Numbered from the stretch's first letter, positions 1 to 13,599 are shown. The stretch: 64,000 nt of DNA from Octopus vulgaris (GCA_951406725.2 OX597835.1:9610001-9674000); one strand, 5' to 3'. Translations and numbers: made by a program. The notes: generated by a model not told the origin, from the letters alone.

Positions 1-138
1 TAAAAGAGTAAATAGATGGTTGCTCGAAAAAGACACCCGCACGAGTAAATGTTGTTCCTTTTTAGCTCTGTTCTCACGGTCAACCAGTACAGTCGTTCAG
101 GACTGATGACCAGCCAAGGGTCACATCACAGAAAAGAC

Positions 139-266
139 AGAAGAAGAAGAAGAAGAAGAAGAAGAAGAAGAAGAAGAAGAAGAAGAAGAAGAAGGAGGAA
201 GAAAAGGAGGAGGAGAAGAAGAAGAAGAAGAAGAAGAATAACAACAACAACAACAACAACAACAAC
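139..266. repeat. (GAA)n followed by (CAA)n microsatellite
   Basis: Directly visible; explains the poly-R/poly-F ORFs 49..300 and 80..274. Confidence 0.97.
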
Positions 267-445
267 GGTTTCAAATTTAGGCCCGAGACAAGTCAGTTAA
301 GGGAAGGAGTTAGCTTGATTCCGTTGAGTGCAAAGCTCAATCGGTTCTTATTTCATCGACCCCCGACAGGAGGAAAGGCGAAGTTCTCTGCGGCAGAATT
401 TGAGCTCCGAAGGCAGGAACGGAAGGAATGGCGCTAAGCAAACTT
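267..445 (-). mobile_element. Degenerate copy of SINE family A
   Basis: GGTTCTTATTTCATCGACCCCCGACAGGAGGAAAGGCGAAGTT resembles the family A core seen intact at 52092-52324. Confidence 0.65.
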
Positions 446-759
446 ACTATGCAAAAATTGCCGTGTTTTCCATGTATACCCTTACATCTACAATAGATAG
501 GAGTGTCATCCATGTTGGGTATAATACTTGTATATTTAATATATGTGCGCTATTACGTAAGAGCTGTTCTATTATTCATTAAATCATATAACTATTAAGT
601 TCTGGAGACATACTGATGCTTATTTGAGAGTTCACGTGAGAGGACATCTCTGAATTCGCACTGACTCACAGCTGGAATTTCTGAATAACAGACGTTATAA
701 TTTATATTGTGTTCTAACAACCGGTTATTCGACACGCAATAGTAAATCAGAATTTTATA

Positions 760-959
760 CACACACATACATCCATACATACATGCATACATACACACAT
801 ACTCAGACACATATATATATATATATACATACATATAAATATATACATATATGCATGCATACATTTATATTTATATAAATACTTACGTATACAGTATATA
901 TATATGTATATACATATATATATATATATACATATACATACACACACACACACACACAC

Positions 960-1009
<50 letters not shown>

Positions 1010-1056
1010 GACAATATATATATATATATATATATATACACACCTACACACACATG
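760..1056. repeat. Compound (TA)n/(CA)n/(TACA)n microsatellite
   Basis: Directly visible. Many similar tracts occur elsewhere, e.g. 6350-6630, 8095-8240, 11810-12170, 42110-42360, 43677-43863, 60310-60730. Confidence 0.95.
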
Positions 1057-1737
1057 ACAATAAGCAGTACTTACTGCTGGAAAAGGTTAATTAAAACTAT
1101 TTCATTGCATTCCTCTCAGCCAAACATCATCGACCACACGCCTTTGCTATTTACCTGCTCTGGTGATATCTTGGCGATGGAACCAGCAACCCTGCAATTT
1201 ACTGCTTGAAATATATTATAACGTGTCTGAAATAGCTTTCGTATGTTTCAGTATTTGGAGAAAGCTTACGACGACATTGCGACGTGCTTGTTATCTTCTT
1301 TCCAACCTTGTCTCATTGGTAATCTAAATAGCTTGAAATGGAATTGCGTATGTTCGGGATGTGCAGCATAGAGGGTCCTGTTATATTGCTTGTGTGTATG
1401 TTCAACGACGAAATGTCTGTGGATATTGGTACGTGCCTGTGTGGTGAGCATGGAACTCTCGCGGGGTGGGGAGGCGTTTGTGTAATTGAGTTTGCTACTC
1501 AAAGAATTGGCAGACTCTCTGCGAAATTACACTGGAATCTTAATAGTTAATTGAAGTTTGGAATTGAAATTGGGCCAATGAATACTATAGATAGACGCCG
1601 CCAATTATCATCGGCATCCGCATTTATAGAATTTGAAGAAGTCCTACAACTGTAATGCCGAGAATAATTGTAACACTGTTTCCTTTACCGAACAAATAAC
1701 GTAGTTCAGTACAATTCCAGAGTAACAGCACTGAGAA

Positions 1738-1933
<196 letters not shown>

Positions 1934-2479
1934 GCAGTACCAGGCAGTGGCTCTCATGGCTTCTGATCTTAACTGATTGGAAGTGTTATCATGTACATTG
2001 TTTTGCCTTGGTATAAAAGATGGGCTACAGCAAATATTCTGCTCAATACCACAGATTTGCTTGTCAGTTGTTTGACCTTAACCAGTTGAGCATGTCCCTT
2101 AGTGGCTGACGATATGTGCATCTCTGACCACGAGCAGAAGTAGTGGGGGAGCATCATAGCCATGTGTTGAGAGGGATTCTTTGGGATTTGAATAATTCAC
2201 CTCTGGAAACATGGGTGGTTCTTTCAACATCCTTAAACAACCCTTATTCAGGGACCTTTTAAGCGGGATGGGCTACTCAACCTGAAGAAATTTCTAACTG
2301 GGCCTCACCTGCAAGGTCATGTGCTGTTTATCTTGATATGAGATCACCATGTCGTGCACATATGGTTGTGATGCATGTGCCTGGTGTACCCTTATCAGAC
2401 GGGTAGTCATGATGGGTATATTGGGCTTCGTATATTTTACCCCAGTGTTACTTTGATGGCATGAACTGCTCTCTCACTC
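1934..2479 (+). mobile_element. ~550 bp non-coding element inserted in (TAA)n ('E550'), copy 1
   Basis: Highly similar to 61208-61758 and 63642-64000; flanked on both sides by (TAA)n; ends CTCACTC-AATAAT; no credible ORF. Confidence 0.85.
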
Positions 2480-2537
<58 letters not shown>

Positions 2538-2560
2538 TTAATAATAATAATAATAATAAT

Positions 2561-2779
2561 CCGTTCTATGATACATAGAAGGCCTGAAATTGCGGACGTG
2601 GGGGGTTAAGTCAATTACATTGACACCAGTACTCAACTGGTACTTATTTTATCGACCCGAAAGGTTGAAAGGTAAAGTCGATCTCGGCGGAATTTGAACT
2701 CAAAACGTAAGGACAGACGAAATGCCGCTAAGCATTATGCTCGGTGAGCTAACTCGGTGTTCTGTCAGCTCGCCGCCTT
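2561..2779 (-). mobile_element. SINE family A (tRNA-derived)
   Basis: Contains GGTACTTATTTTATCGACCCGAAAGG...GGCGGAATTTGAACTC...CAGCTCGCCGCC, the reverse complement of the family head and core. Confidence 0.85.
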
Positions 2780-3085
2780 CAATATAATAATAATGATGAC
2801 AAGTTCTTGACTTGGTGCAAAGCCAGAAATTTGGTGGTAACGGTATCACGACAAAAGTATCGACCTAAGAGACAATACTTATTCAAGACGATAGAGAGAT
2901 GCTACTCCGGTGAAAGTACTACAAAGGACGTATTTGAGAAAGATAAACCTTCATATCTACTTCGATACAACGGAGCCTCTCTCTCCTTTTTTGGATTTGA
3001 TGTTATATCGTCGTCGTCATATTCAACAACATCATTATCCTTAAATAATAATTTTGTTTTTGTGTGTGTATATATGTGTATATAC

Positions 3086-3392
3086 GTCCCTACCCAGCTT
3101 ATTCCCCAGACCTTTCGCCTACCGACTACCGCTCTTTTCAAGCACCTTGATGGGTTCCTGTGAGAGAAGGAGTTCAAAAATGAAACTGTTGCTGAATGTG
3201 TGTTGAAAGAGATCATGAGCTCCAGGACTCCAGATTTTTATGTTACCGGAACAAATAAATTTGTAACTCGTTGACAAATATGTGTTGATTTAAATGGTAC
3301 TTACTTCGATGAATAAAATTTCCGCATCGTTGAAATATATTGTGATGAATTTCATGTTTCAAAACGTTGCTTACTTTTTACTCAGCCTGATA
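3086..3392 (+). mobile_element. Mariner (DD34D-type) transposase 3' remnant with probable right TIR
   Basis: Translates, with a frameshift and stops, to PAYSPDLSPTDY..FKHLDGFL*EKEFKN...DFYVTGTNKFVTR*QICVDLNGTYFDE*, i.e. the YSPDL motif and mariner C-terminus; ends in ...CAGCCTGA-TA. Confidence 0.85.
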
Positions 3393-5468
3393 TATATTAT
3401 GCATACAAGGTGATATGTGTCTGTTTGTTTGAGCACATGCAATGAAGTTTAACAACAACTGAAGCTGTTAAATGCTAACAAAGAATCTGAATTCAAAGAG
3501 CCGCTTTGACGGGCTTTCAAAATTCCAAACTCTATAGTAAAATTATCTTTATAAACATATATGATTTAATCCAATTCCGTTCTTTCTGCGGCGTTTACTT
3601 CAGCTTATTATCAATAACGAATTTAGTCATTCTAAATAACATCTCAATTATATATACATGTAATGAAATTTCCTGTTTTTGTACGGCTTAATCCGTTATT
3701 AGAACTTCTTTCAGTATTACCTAATATGCCTCTTATTTCCAAATCCTCTTTTTACTTTGTAAGTATATGTATGTGACTATATTTAAAAGTGAAAGAGAAA
3801 GTATCATAAGTTAAAGAAATGTTTATTATTCACGGTGGAACTTAAGTATTCTATTTAGTATTCACAGTGGAACTTTAGTATTTAGTACGTTTTTATTAGT
3901 TAAGATTATTCAAAGAAATCTATTTTCTTACGTAATTGGCAAAAGTATATCATAAACGTTGGCAGACACAAGAAACTTAGAATATGATTATAACCGAAGA
4001 TACTTTCAAAATAAAGGACATTTATCTGTTTCTGAGAACAACGATCCTACAATCTATTTCTTATAATTGAGTTTCAACATTCTGAACAAATCTTAACTAT
4101 TAAAGCTGTCCGTATTCTGTTTTGACTTATTTAATGTTATATTTTGTCGCGTAGTGTTGCTAATAAAGAGCCAAACTTTAATGTCCCTCTTATCTTGCCT
4201 GTTTTTTTTTTTTTTTTTTTTTTTTGTCACCCTCACAAAGGAAACCAAATCGACATCTCAATTTTTAATCATGGAAAATAGAATTTAAACATTCAGATTT
4301 ATAGACATTTATCTTACGACTGAACGGGGAATATTTGTTTACATTCAAATAAAAGACGTGTGCGCATTAAGATATTAATTTGATTATTGGATTTATTTAC
4401 AGAAAGATTTGTTAGAAAGAAGGACACCCAAGTATCTATAAAACACTGTCGCAATTCATACCATTTCTCCTTTTTAAGCTTGTTTTTCTATCTGCGATGT
4501 CTTTTTATTTGTAGGGATTCTAATACTTTTCGGAAATAATATTTGTATCTAAAATGCGATGATAGAAACTCAACTAAGGATTAAATCTAAAAACGCTGGC
4601 TTTAGAAGCCGATTGAAAGTATTTCGCTTCACATCTGGCGCTCACTCCATCCACAACAACCTGTACAGCTTGCCCTATTTCTCCATTTCATGTCGACGCC
4701 ATTTTGTAATATTTCAAACCAAAGCACTTATAACCCTAGCCCTAATATTACTTGACCTTGTGATGCTACACAGTTGTTAACCCTTCGATGCTTCAGCTGG
4801 ATACAGCTGGATAAATCTACTTCATACGTCTCTGTTTAATCATGCCTGCGTATGGTGTGCATGTCTGTGTGTGCGTGCGTGCGTGCGCGTGTATGCGTGT
4901 GTAACGTAGCGAACAACGAGAGACAGTGAAAATGTCGACATTGCTAATATTGTGCGTAACAATTAGATGGGAATACATATTAATGATAATGGTGCAGTTG
5001 TTTTTGTTTGACAATCACGATTAACTGAAAACAAACCAACCTTAGCAGGAAAAAAGAGTAGAAAGTGAAGCTGTCAGCGAAACCCGACATGATAAAGAAA
5101 TAATTCAAACAGCATTCGTTTGATTGTTTTCTATAAAAGAGACTCAGTGATTTTACAGTATTTATATTCGTTCTTTTCACTTTGACTTACACTGGTGAAA
5201 TTAATGGTTGTAAATGAACTGGAATCGGTTCAATTGATTTTTCCTTTTATTCTGCTAAATTTCGCTTAGCGTCTCGTCAAAAGACATCATGATTAGCATG
5301 TTTTGAAACAGACAATGGAGTCTGTGCCGTTCCGCTATGAAGCATAGCTATTACGACTTAGCTCCCTTTCAGGATGCATTAGAGAGCAATAAATTTACTC
5401 CGCTATGGTACGAGCTATTTTCCCATTCGCTTTCATCTAGCGCACGGCAATTGGCCGGCATGTACAGC

Positions 5469-6081
5469 CAATATATTTGCCCGAGTTCTACACTTATTTC
5501 AACATAGATAATGCCTAATTTTGTTTGCATCTAATTCTAGAATATGTCTTTTACATTCAAAATATTAGCGATTTCGTTTGTCACACGAATCCATGTTACC
5601 TTGTGTTCAATAGATCTCTACAGAATTTTAAAGGACGGATATTGCTAAGTATTTACAATGGAGAATGTTGTTTGATAGACTAGTGTCTTGTGTCAAAATG
5701 AGCGTAACTCTATCAAACGAGGAATTCTCTTTAAAGCAAATAAAAGTCTAACACAGACTACAAGCTACAATATATTTGCCCGAGTCCCACACTTATTTCA
5801 ACATAGATAATGCCTGATTTTGTTTGCATATAATTCTAGAATACGTCTTTTAAAATTCAAAATATTAGCAATTTCGTTCCGACGTTTAGAATTTGTCACA
5901 CGAATCCATGTTACCTTGTGTTCAATAGATCTCTACAGACTTTTAAAAACGGATATTGCTAAGTATTTACAATGGAGAATGTTGTTTGATAGACTAGTGT
6001 ATTGTGTCAAAATGAGCGTAACTCTATCAAACGATGAATTCTCTTTAAAGCAAATGAAAGTCTAACACAGACTACAAGCTA
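5469..6081. repeat. Tandem duplication of ~300 bp unique sequence (5469-5767 / 5768-6081)
   Basis: Both units start CAATATATTTGCCCGAGT and end CTAACACAGACTACAAGCTA; unit 1 lacks ~14 bp (CCGACGTTTAGAAT). Confidence 0.95.
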
Positions 6082-6394
6082 ATCATCCTAAAAAAAAACA
6101 GAGGCAAAGAAATAAAACATAGACGAAAAAAAATAACTTAATATAAATTGAGGTTTGTCATTTGGAAAACTGCGAACAGAAACCATAGAAGTGAGAGGTT
6201 GAATGTCGAAGCAATATATATACACACACATCTATATGTGGATGAAGGACGACAGAGACGATACATAAGTGTCTCAAGCAGCTGCTGTTTGCCAAGAGGC
6301 TCACAGCTCTTGACTCGATTACGTCGCTTCACAGATAATATGTACATTCATGTAGATACACACTCACACACACGTGTGTGTGCGTGTCCGCATG

Positions 6395-6426
<32 letters not shown>

Positions 6427-6463
6427 TGTGTGTGTGTATGTGTGTGTGTGTATGTATACACAG

Positions 6464-6502
<39 letters not shown>

Positions 6503-6521
6503 TATGTGTATGTAAACACAG

Positions 6522-6567
<46 letters not shown>

Positions 6568-6599
6568 GTTATATATACGTGTGAGCGGTATATGCATAC

Positions 6600-6635
<36 letters not shown>

Positions 6636-6987
6636 TACTTGCACGCACTCATATTTTTGCTCTCTGTACTGAATTGAATTTCGCTTGTTTGTATTCCCAA
6701 AGCATGTATGCTTGCAGATATGTATAAATGTATGCATGTATATAATGTCTTGTAAACAGTAACACATAAGTCTTCATATGCTTCTCCATAGGTAAAAATG
6801 ATTGCTTATCAACACGTATACATATGTTATGTTGATTTCACAGCGAAATAGTAATTAGGTTTGTCACAGAACATGCAGGCTGGATGCTGACGAGGGATGT
6901 GTTTTATTAAGTACGAAGGGAAGGGATTCAGTAGGATGTGTTGACGTAATCGGCAATATTATAATGAGGAGAACAGCCTTGATAACG

Positions 6988-7376
6988 GATGGATGGAAGC
7001 ACTCCGTCGGTTACGACGATGAGGGTTCCGGTTGATCCGAATCAACGGAACAGCCTGCTCGTGAAATTAACGTGCAAGTGGCTGAGCACTCCATAGACAC
7101 GTGCACCCTTAACGTTCTCGAGGATATTCAGCGTGACACACAGAGTGACAAGGCCGGCCCTTTGAAATACAGGTACAACAGAAACAGGAAGTAAGAGTGA
7201 GAGAAAGTTGTGGTCAAAGAGTACAGCAGGGATCACCACCATTCCCTGCCGGAGCGTCGTGGAGCTTTTAGGTGTTTTCGCTCAATAAACACTCACAACG
7301 CCCGGTCTGGGAATCGAAACTGCGATCCTATGACCGCGAGTCCGCTGCCCTAACCTCTGGGCCATTGCGCCTCCAC
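6988..7376 (-). mobile_element. Full-length SINE, head C + tail X, with 11 bp TSD
   Basis: tRNA-like head (A box TGGCCCAGAGG, B box GTTTCGATTCCC) on minus; TSD CCTTGATAACG at 6977-6987 and 7377-7387; matches 43158-43533. Confidence 0.92.
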
Positions 7377-7954
7377 CCTTGATAACGACGGTTCTTAAGA
7401 ACTAAATTCTTACAAGAATTCCTATCTGGAAATACATTGTTCAGTCTGGTTGAATTTTTTTTTTTTTTTTTGCATAGAGGAGGAAATTAATACGTTTGGC
7501 TAAATTCAATAACGATGGCAAAAATAGAATATGCAATGTAATTATAATTTTTGATTGTTTATTATAAAATCTTAAGTTGTTTTATGTTTTATTAATGTTT
7601 GATTACGACTTAATTGTTGTCGATAAAAATTATATAATAGGAAAATGTTTCGTTTAATTTTTAAATCATTATGTAAAGAACTAAATGATTTAATTAATTG
7701 ACTCGAGGATAACACAAAACTTCGTCTAAGAAAAACACACTAAATATTTAAAAAATATATAAAAGCTATAATGTATAACTCAGGTATGCATTAATATTAA
7801 GAGGTTTAGGTATATAAAAGAAATTAGTACAATATAGTTGTTTGGTGTAAAGAGACAAAATATATATATGTAGGTCCCGGGTTGAGTCGGGGTTAACCAC
7901 AGTAAATAAGGTACTCAATACATAGCAGAATAAATTAATTTATTTTATAGAAGG

Positions 7955-8005
7955 AGCTTCTACAGGACTAGAACTGTTTCATTCAAATGAAATCATCAGG
8001 AAGCT
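7955..8005 (-). ncRNA. Type I hammerhead ribozyme motif
   Basis: Minus strand: AGCUUC-CUGAUGA-uUUCauuuGAAu-GAAA-CAG-uucuaguc-CUG-UA|GAAGCU. Perfect 6 bp stem I, canonical core, 4 bp stem III, GUA cleavage triplet; stem II is weak. Confidence 0.75.
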
Positions 8006-8031
8006 TACTGTCAAAACTTATCTTGACAGCA

Positions 8032-8080
8032 AGCTTCCTGATGATTTCATTTGAATGAAACAGTTCTAGTTCTGTAAACT
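8032..8080 (+). ncRNA. Hammerhead motif, mirror copy with damaged stem I
   Basis: AGCUUC-CUGAUGA-...-GAAA-CAG...CUG-UA|AACU; the 3' strand of stem I has lost bases relative to the left-arm copy. Confidence 0.5.
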
Positions 8081-8133
8081 CCTTCTATAAATAAATATAT
8101 ATATATATATATATATATCTATATAACATATAT

Positions 8134-8242
<109 letters not shown>

Positions 8243-8429
8243 GTTTATATATTTGTTTTGCAAGATTCTTGATGTGAAATCGTGTGTTGAAAGAGATGTT
8301 GTTGTAATTAGGAATGGTCAATTTGAACTCAGAACGTAACGACAGACGAAATACCACTAAGCATTTCGCCCGGTGCGCTAACGTTTCTGCCAGCTCGCCG
8401 CCTTTTTTGATGATATCGATATAAGTGAA

Positions 8430-8705
8430 GGGTAATGGCTTAGTGGTTACCGTATTCAATTCACAATCTCAGGGTCTTGAGTTCGATTCCCAATGGTACC
8501 TTATTTCCTTGAGCAAAACACTTTGTTTCACGTGGCAGCATTTCACTCAACTGGCAGAAATGCGTAGTAACTGTATTTGAGAGGGACCAGCCTTGTCATA
8601 TTCCGTGTTACGCTGAACCTCCTGAAATACGGTAAGGGGGCCCGTGGCTGTGCGCTGCTCAACCATTTGTACGTTCATTTCACAAGCATGATGTTCCTTT
8701 GACCT
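8430..8705 (+). mobile_element. Old SINE, head D (CORE-like CCTTGAGCAAAACACTT) + tail X
   Basis: A box TGGCTTAGTGG, B box GTTCGATTCCC; 3' half is a degenerate match to the tail of 6988-7376. Confidence 0.65.
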
Positions 8706-8871
8706 ACAGGGTGTCAGCTATATTTTGATCCCGTGCAATGCATAGGATATTATTCTCAAGAACTTTTATATCTCGCTAATATACTACATTCAAAATATAG
8801 AATCCTGGCTGTAATTCAAAGAAATGTGCATTAAGAAATATGGAGCACACTCCCTCATTTTACTATACTTT

Positions 8872-9001
8872 GCCTTTCATCCTCTCATGGTCGATAAATA
8901 AAGTACCAGTTTCGCACTGGGTCGATGTAATCGACTTGATCCGTTTGTCTGTCCTTGCTTGTCCTCTCTATGTTTAGCTCCTGGCGGGTAGTAAAGAAAT
9001 A
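8872..9001 (+). mobile_element. 5'-truncated SINE family A (tail 1)
   Basis: GCCTTTCATCC...GTACCAG...GGTCGATGTAATCGACTT...GTAGTAAAGAAATA. Confidence 0.8.
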
Positions 9002-9504
9002 TATATCAATATCGTCAGAAATTATAAATAGATTTTGTGTATCCAAATATAAATACTTTGCATTTGTAAGTATGTCTGTGTTTTCCCTGTGTATATACCG
9101 ACGTCGACATACTGTCTTGTTTTTATGCGAGTGCACTAAGATCGTTTTTTGAGAAAATCAATTGACAAATAGCACGAACATCGTGGAAGAACGATTTAAC
9201 AACACACCAAGTTGTTAATTTTGCTGTTGGGCGACGAAAATGTTGACGCCTCATGAAATAAATTTCATTTTATGGGGAATTTAATAGTTTTATGTGTTAT
9301 TAAATAGCTCTTCGCTTACGGAGTTCTTTCGGTTACATCACACGCTCTAAGATCAAAACACTTGCCAAGCAAACACCGAAATATAGAACTACATATAAGC
9401 AGGAAGTGAAACCAATCAGAATATATAAAAATATACGAATTACATCTGTTTATGGAAATACATGAAATATATTTTTTGAGGCGTTAAAGTATATCAGCAT
9501 GTGC

Positions 9505-9599
<95 letters not shown>

Positions 9600-9708
9600 C
9601 ACCCATTATTCCTTCGGAATTAAGAGTATGCAGTCTTCGAAACATGTGTTGAGAGTAAAGGAATTTTGTTAAAATCTTCGTTCGACTCCATTCTTTCATT
9701 TATTTATT

Positions 9709-9770
<62 letters not shown>

Positions 9771-9884
9771 CACGTGCCTGTGTGTGTGTTGCTTTCAAAT
9801 TTTGCACAAGACCAGCAACTTCAGGAGACAGAACGCAATCGTTAACAGTCTGGACACAATTCTTAGCTGCGTTTGTCTGTCTGT

Positions 9885-10038
9885 GTGAGTTGAAATCCCA
9901 CCGAAATTGATTTTGACTTCCATCCCTTCGAGTCGATAAAATCGGTGTCATTTGAATATTGGGGATGACGTAGTCGACTTAATCCTTTCTCATCCAAATT
10001 GCTGGCCTCGTGACAAAGATTGAGATCATTATCATTGC

Positions 10039-10086
<48 letters not shown>

Positions 10087-10285
10087 CATCATTATTATCA
10101 TTATTAAGGTGGTGAGCTGGCAGGATCGTTAGCATGCCGATCGAAATGTTTAGCGGTATTTCGTCTGTCTTTCATCCTTTTGGGGTTGATAAAATAAGTA
10201 CCAGTTACGCACTGGGGTCGATGTGATCGACTTAATCCCTTTCACCAAATTTTAGGCCTTGGGCTTCCGGGAGAAAGAATTATTA
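9885..10285 (+). mobile_element. Two SINE family A copies (9885-10030 and 10108-10285) separated by (ATT)n
   Basis: Each contains the TTCATCC...GGGTCGATAAAATAAGTACC-like core; the second has head GGTGAGCTGGCAG. Confidence 0.75.
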
Positions 10286-10290
10286 CTATT

Positions 10291-10879
10291 CCTTCGCAAC
10301 ACAGTGTAGGTAAAAATGCCCCGGAGTCTTTAGTCATCTGTCAAGTCACAACAAGGACCTCAGACAGATAATACTTCCCTTAAAATGTGCACTGTGCCAA
10401 ATAAGAATGCTTTTTGCATGACATGACATCTTGCAAGGTATTTCCAGTTGCCTTAAGAAGTCTTCAAGCTTCAATGGGATTAAGTCCAACGCTCCGATCA
10501 CTACTGGTATCACTTTTACATTACCCTCTCGCATTTCATACAGTCTTGCCATTTCCACTTTCAATTCGGGGTACTTGGCGATTTTTTCCAAATTCTTTAC
10601 TCACAGTATTTATGTCAATTGATCTTACAGTATTTGTCTCTCTTACTCAATATGACAATAACCGGCCGACGGTGTTCGATTACATGATCCGTTTGAAAAT
10701 CATCCTCCTGCATAACTTTACTTGGTACATACTAATACCAGTCCTCTCTTACTTCATATTGGTATTTACGGCATAAGAGCCAATACGGACACACACACAT
10801 TTTATCGTGGCGACGCTTGTGTTCTATTTGTCCAAGGCTCTCACATCCACTTACCAAGTGTATCACATTTTCCATACAC
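10291..10879 (-). mobile_element. R4/Dong-clade non-LTR retrotransposon 3' remnant (CCHC knuckle + restriction-like endonuclease), in (TAA)n
   Basis: Minus strand reads ENVIHLVSGCESLGQIEHKRRHDK..YWLLCRKY..WY*YVP..DFQTDHVIEHRRPVIV, then EKIAKYPELKVEM..VKVIPVVIGALD: the H.xSGC, RHD, (R)PD and K..KY motifs of REL LINEs. Upstream is a long (TAA)n and the 3' end is followed by AAT repeats. Confidence 0.9.
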
Positions 10880-10926
<47 letters not shown>

Positions 10927-10958
10927 TATTATTGTTATTGTTATTATTATTATTATTA

Positions 10959-11052
<94 letters not shown>
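10880..11052. repeat. (TTA)n then (TAG)n microsatellite
   Basis: Directly visible. Confidence 0.95.
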
Positions 11053-11265
11053 AGACGGCGAACTGGCAGAATCTTTTTGCGCGCTGGACGAAATACTGAG
11101 CGGCACTTCGCCGTCGATACGTTCTGGTTCTAATTCCGCCGAGGTCTACTTTGCCTTTCATCCATTTCCGGGTCGATAAAATAAGTACCAGTCAAGCACT
11201 GGGGTCGAGATAAGTGACTCATCACCTCCCCAAAATGGCTACCATTGTGGCAAAATTTGAAACCA
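11053..11265 (+). mobile_element. SINE family A (tail 3); a more degenerate copy follows at ~11295-11495
   Basis: GACGGCGAACTGGCAG head, core, tail ...GTGGCAAAATTTGAAACC followed by (ATT)n. Confidence 0.8.
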
Positions 11266-12034
11266 TTATTATCATTATTACTACTATTAATGCAGCTGAC
11301 TGCCTGAATCTTTCGCACTGCAGACGAAATGCTTAACAGCACCTTGTCCCTCTTTGCATTCTGTGACCATATTCCAGCAAGGTTTGGTCGGCTTTTCATC
11401 ATCTCTGAGTTGATAAAATTAATACCAGTTGATCACTGGGGTCCATCTAATACATTGATCACTTCCCCAAAATTGTAGGCTTTGTTACTATAGAGGATCG
11501 GATTCCTATTATTAATGTTTTAACCGACGTCATTTTCAAAGTGTGCCTAAGCAGATCGATAAACAAAGATCAATTAAATAAATACTAACCAAAATAAGCG
11601 CAGCAATGCACAGGATTGACTGAAACATGAAGTGCTCCAGCATGGCTGAAACGTGATGAATATCAATAGCAAAACACGTATTTGAAGAGAGAGAGAGACA
11701 CAGAGAGAGAATGGGGAAGGAGAGAGGGAGAGAGAAATAGGAAAGATGGAGAAAGGGTGAAAGCAGTTTTATGTAAAAATGTATACTCTCTCTTTCAGTA
11801 TACACATACATTTGTATATGCGTGTGTGTATGTATGTGCTATGTGTGTATGTATATGTGTGTATATGTATATATATATATACATACATACACATGTATAC
11901 ATATATATATACAAATATATATATATGTATATATATATACATATATATATATACATATTATATATATATATAGTATATATATATATATGTATGTGCGTAT
12001 ACGTATACATATATGTATGTATATATATATATAT

Positions 12035-12078
<44 letters not shown>

Positions 12079-12935
12079 ATAGATACATATATATATATAT
12101 ATATTGATATTGTGTATGGGTGGGTATATATGTATATGTGTGTGTTTATATTTGTAAATGTATATATATATGTATGCATGCACACATGTATTCATGAATC
12201 TTTACGTGATAAAACTCATTTGCATGAAAGAACATGATATATGCGAGCGAGCATTCAGGAACAAGAGGATTAGTGAGAAAAAAAGAAACACATTTTTGAA
12301 GAATTTTTTTTTTTCCTCAAGAGTTCCTCAATGACAGCAATCCAACTATATAGAAGTATGTTTCTCATTTTTCGTTTTTGTTTTTGTATCCCTATTTCTC
12401 ATTATTTTTTTTTGTTTTTGTTTTTGTATCCCCGTTTCTCATTTACCGTAAAACCTGCGCTACATGCTTCCTTGTATTAGTTTCATATGTTATTTCCATT
12501 TTATATCTTAGCGATGGTTCTTTGTATTTCATAGTATTATGTTTCGCATTTACTTGACAACCACTGCAATGCAGTAAGTTTCATGATTGAATGAAATCCG
12601 GTAATGCTCTAACATTCGTTAGGAAATACCTGATTTAAAATCGTTTGAATAGCGTCTTCGCAGCTAGATGCTTTGCCCATTGAAATATTTTGCTTTAGAA
12701 TCTAATATGTAATTCGCCAGCCCGTTAGCCTCTTCGGCACTTACGGTTTTATCAGTTATATTCATAGAATATCTCTCAGTAAAAGCAGAACCACTACACA
12801 GCTTTATGCACAAAAAAAACTAGAGGCTTATTTTACATACGTACTTAGCTTATATGTAAATGTTTGCCATTTTACATTTGACTTCGTTAGCTGGACCGCA
12901 CATCATGGCTTGTATTCCGCTTATAAATCTTACAA

Positions 12936-12970
<35 letters not shown>

Positions 12971-13599
12971 TGCATCGATGCATATTTGTACAGTAATGAG
13001 CTCATAGGTGCAGAGTAATGTCAAAAAAATAGTATTCGAATGCAAAGGTACAGTAGAACGAGAAAGTAAAGTAAGTTGGGAAAGGCACAAAAGTATATTT
13101 TAGAAAACGTTTACTATTTTTCTTTGAGTGAGTGATTTAAAATGTAATCGCTTTTACTATATCCATCTTATCAAATATTATAAAGAAGTTTTTAGCAAGT
13201 CAAGGAGAAAAAAAAAATTCAGGGTTAACAGTTTGTCCTCATGTTTTAGTGCGTAGGGAAAGTTCACTTTAGATTCACTCCTCATATAAGTTTTGTCTAT
13301 GCAGGTTTGTGTTGGAGTTCAGCAGTTCAAGGTTCAGGAATTCTATTGAGAAAAATCTTTTGAATTCGATAGAATTCCTGAAACATAAACTGTTCAACGC
13401 CCACCCCAAACCTACATAGACATAACTTATATAAGGAGTGACTCTAAAGTAAAATTTCCCTACACACTAAAACATGTGCACGAATTGTTAACCCCCAATT
13501 TTTTCACATTGACTTCCAAAAAAATCCTTTTCAATATTTGGTATAATGGATACATTAAAACCAGTTACATTTCAAATCACTCATTTTAACAAATATCTC

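Larger units (their letters stand above)
7870..8095. mobile_element. Penelope-like pLTR remnant with fold-back inverted repeat, between (TA)n tracts
   Basis: Inverted arms 7944-8014 and 8023-8091 with 8 nt spacer; each arm carries a hammerhead motif; TA repeats on both sides. Confidence 0.7.

Noticed and set aside
9600-9660. Hammerhead remnants here (GAAACATGT), at ~23620-23650 and at ~39625-39660
   Set aside because: The CUGANGA core or stem I is missing; too degenerate to call.
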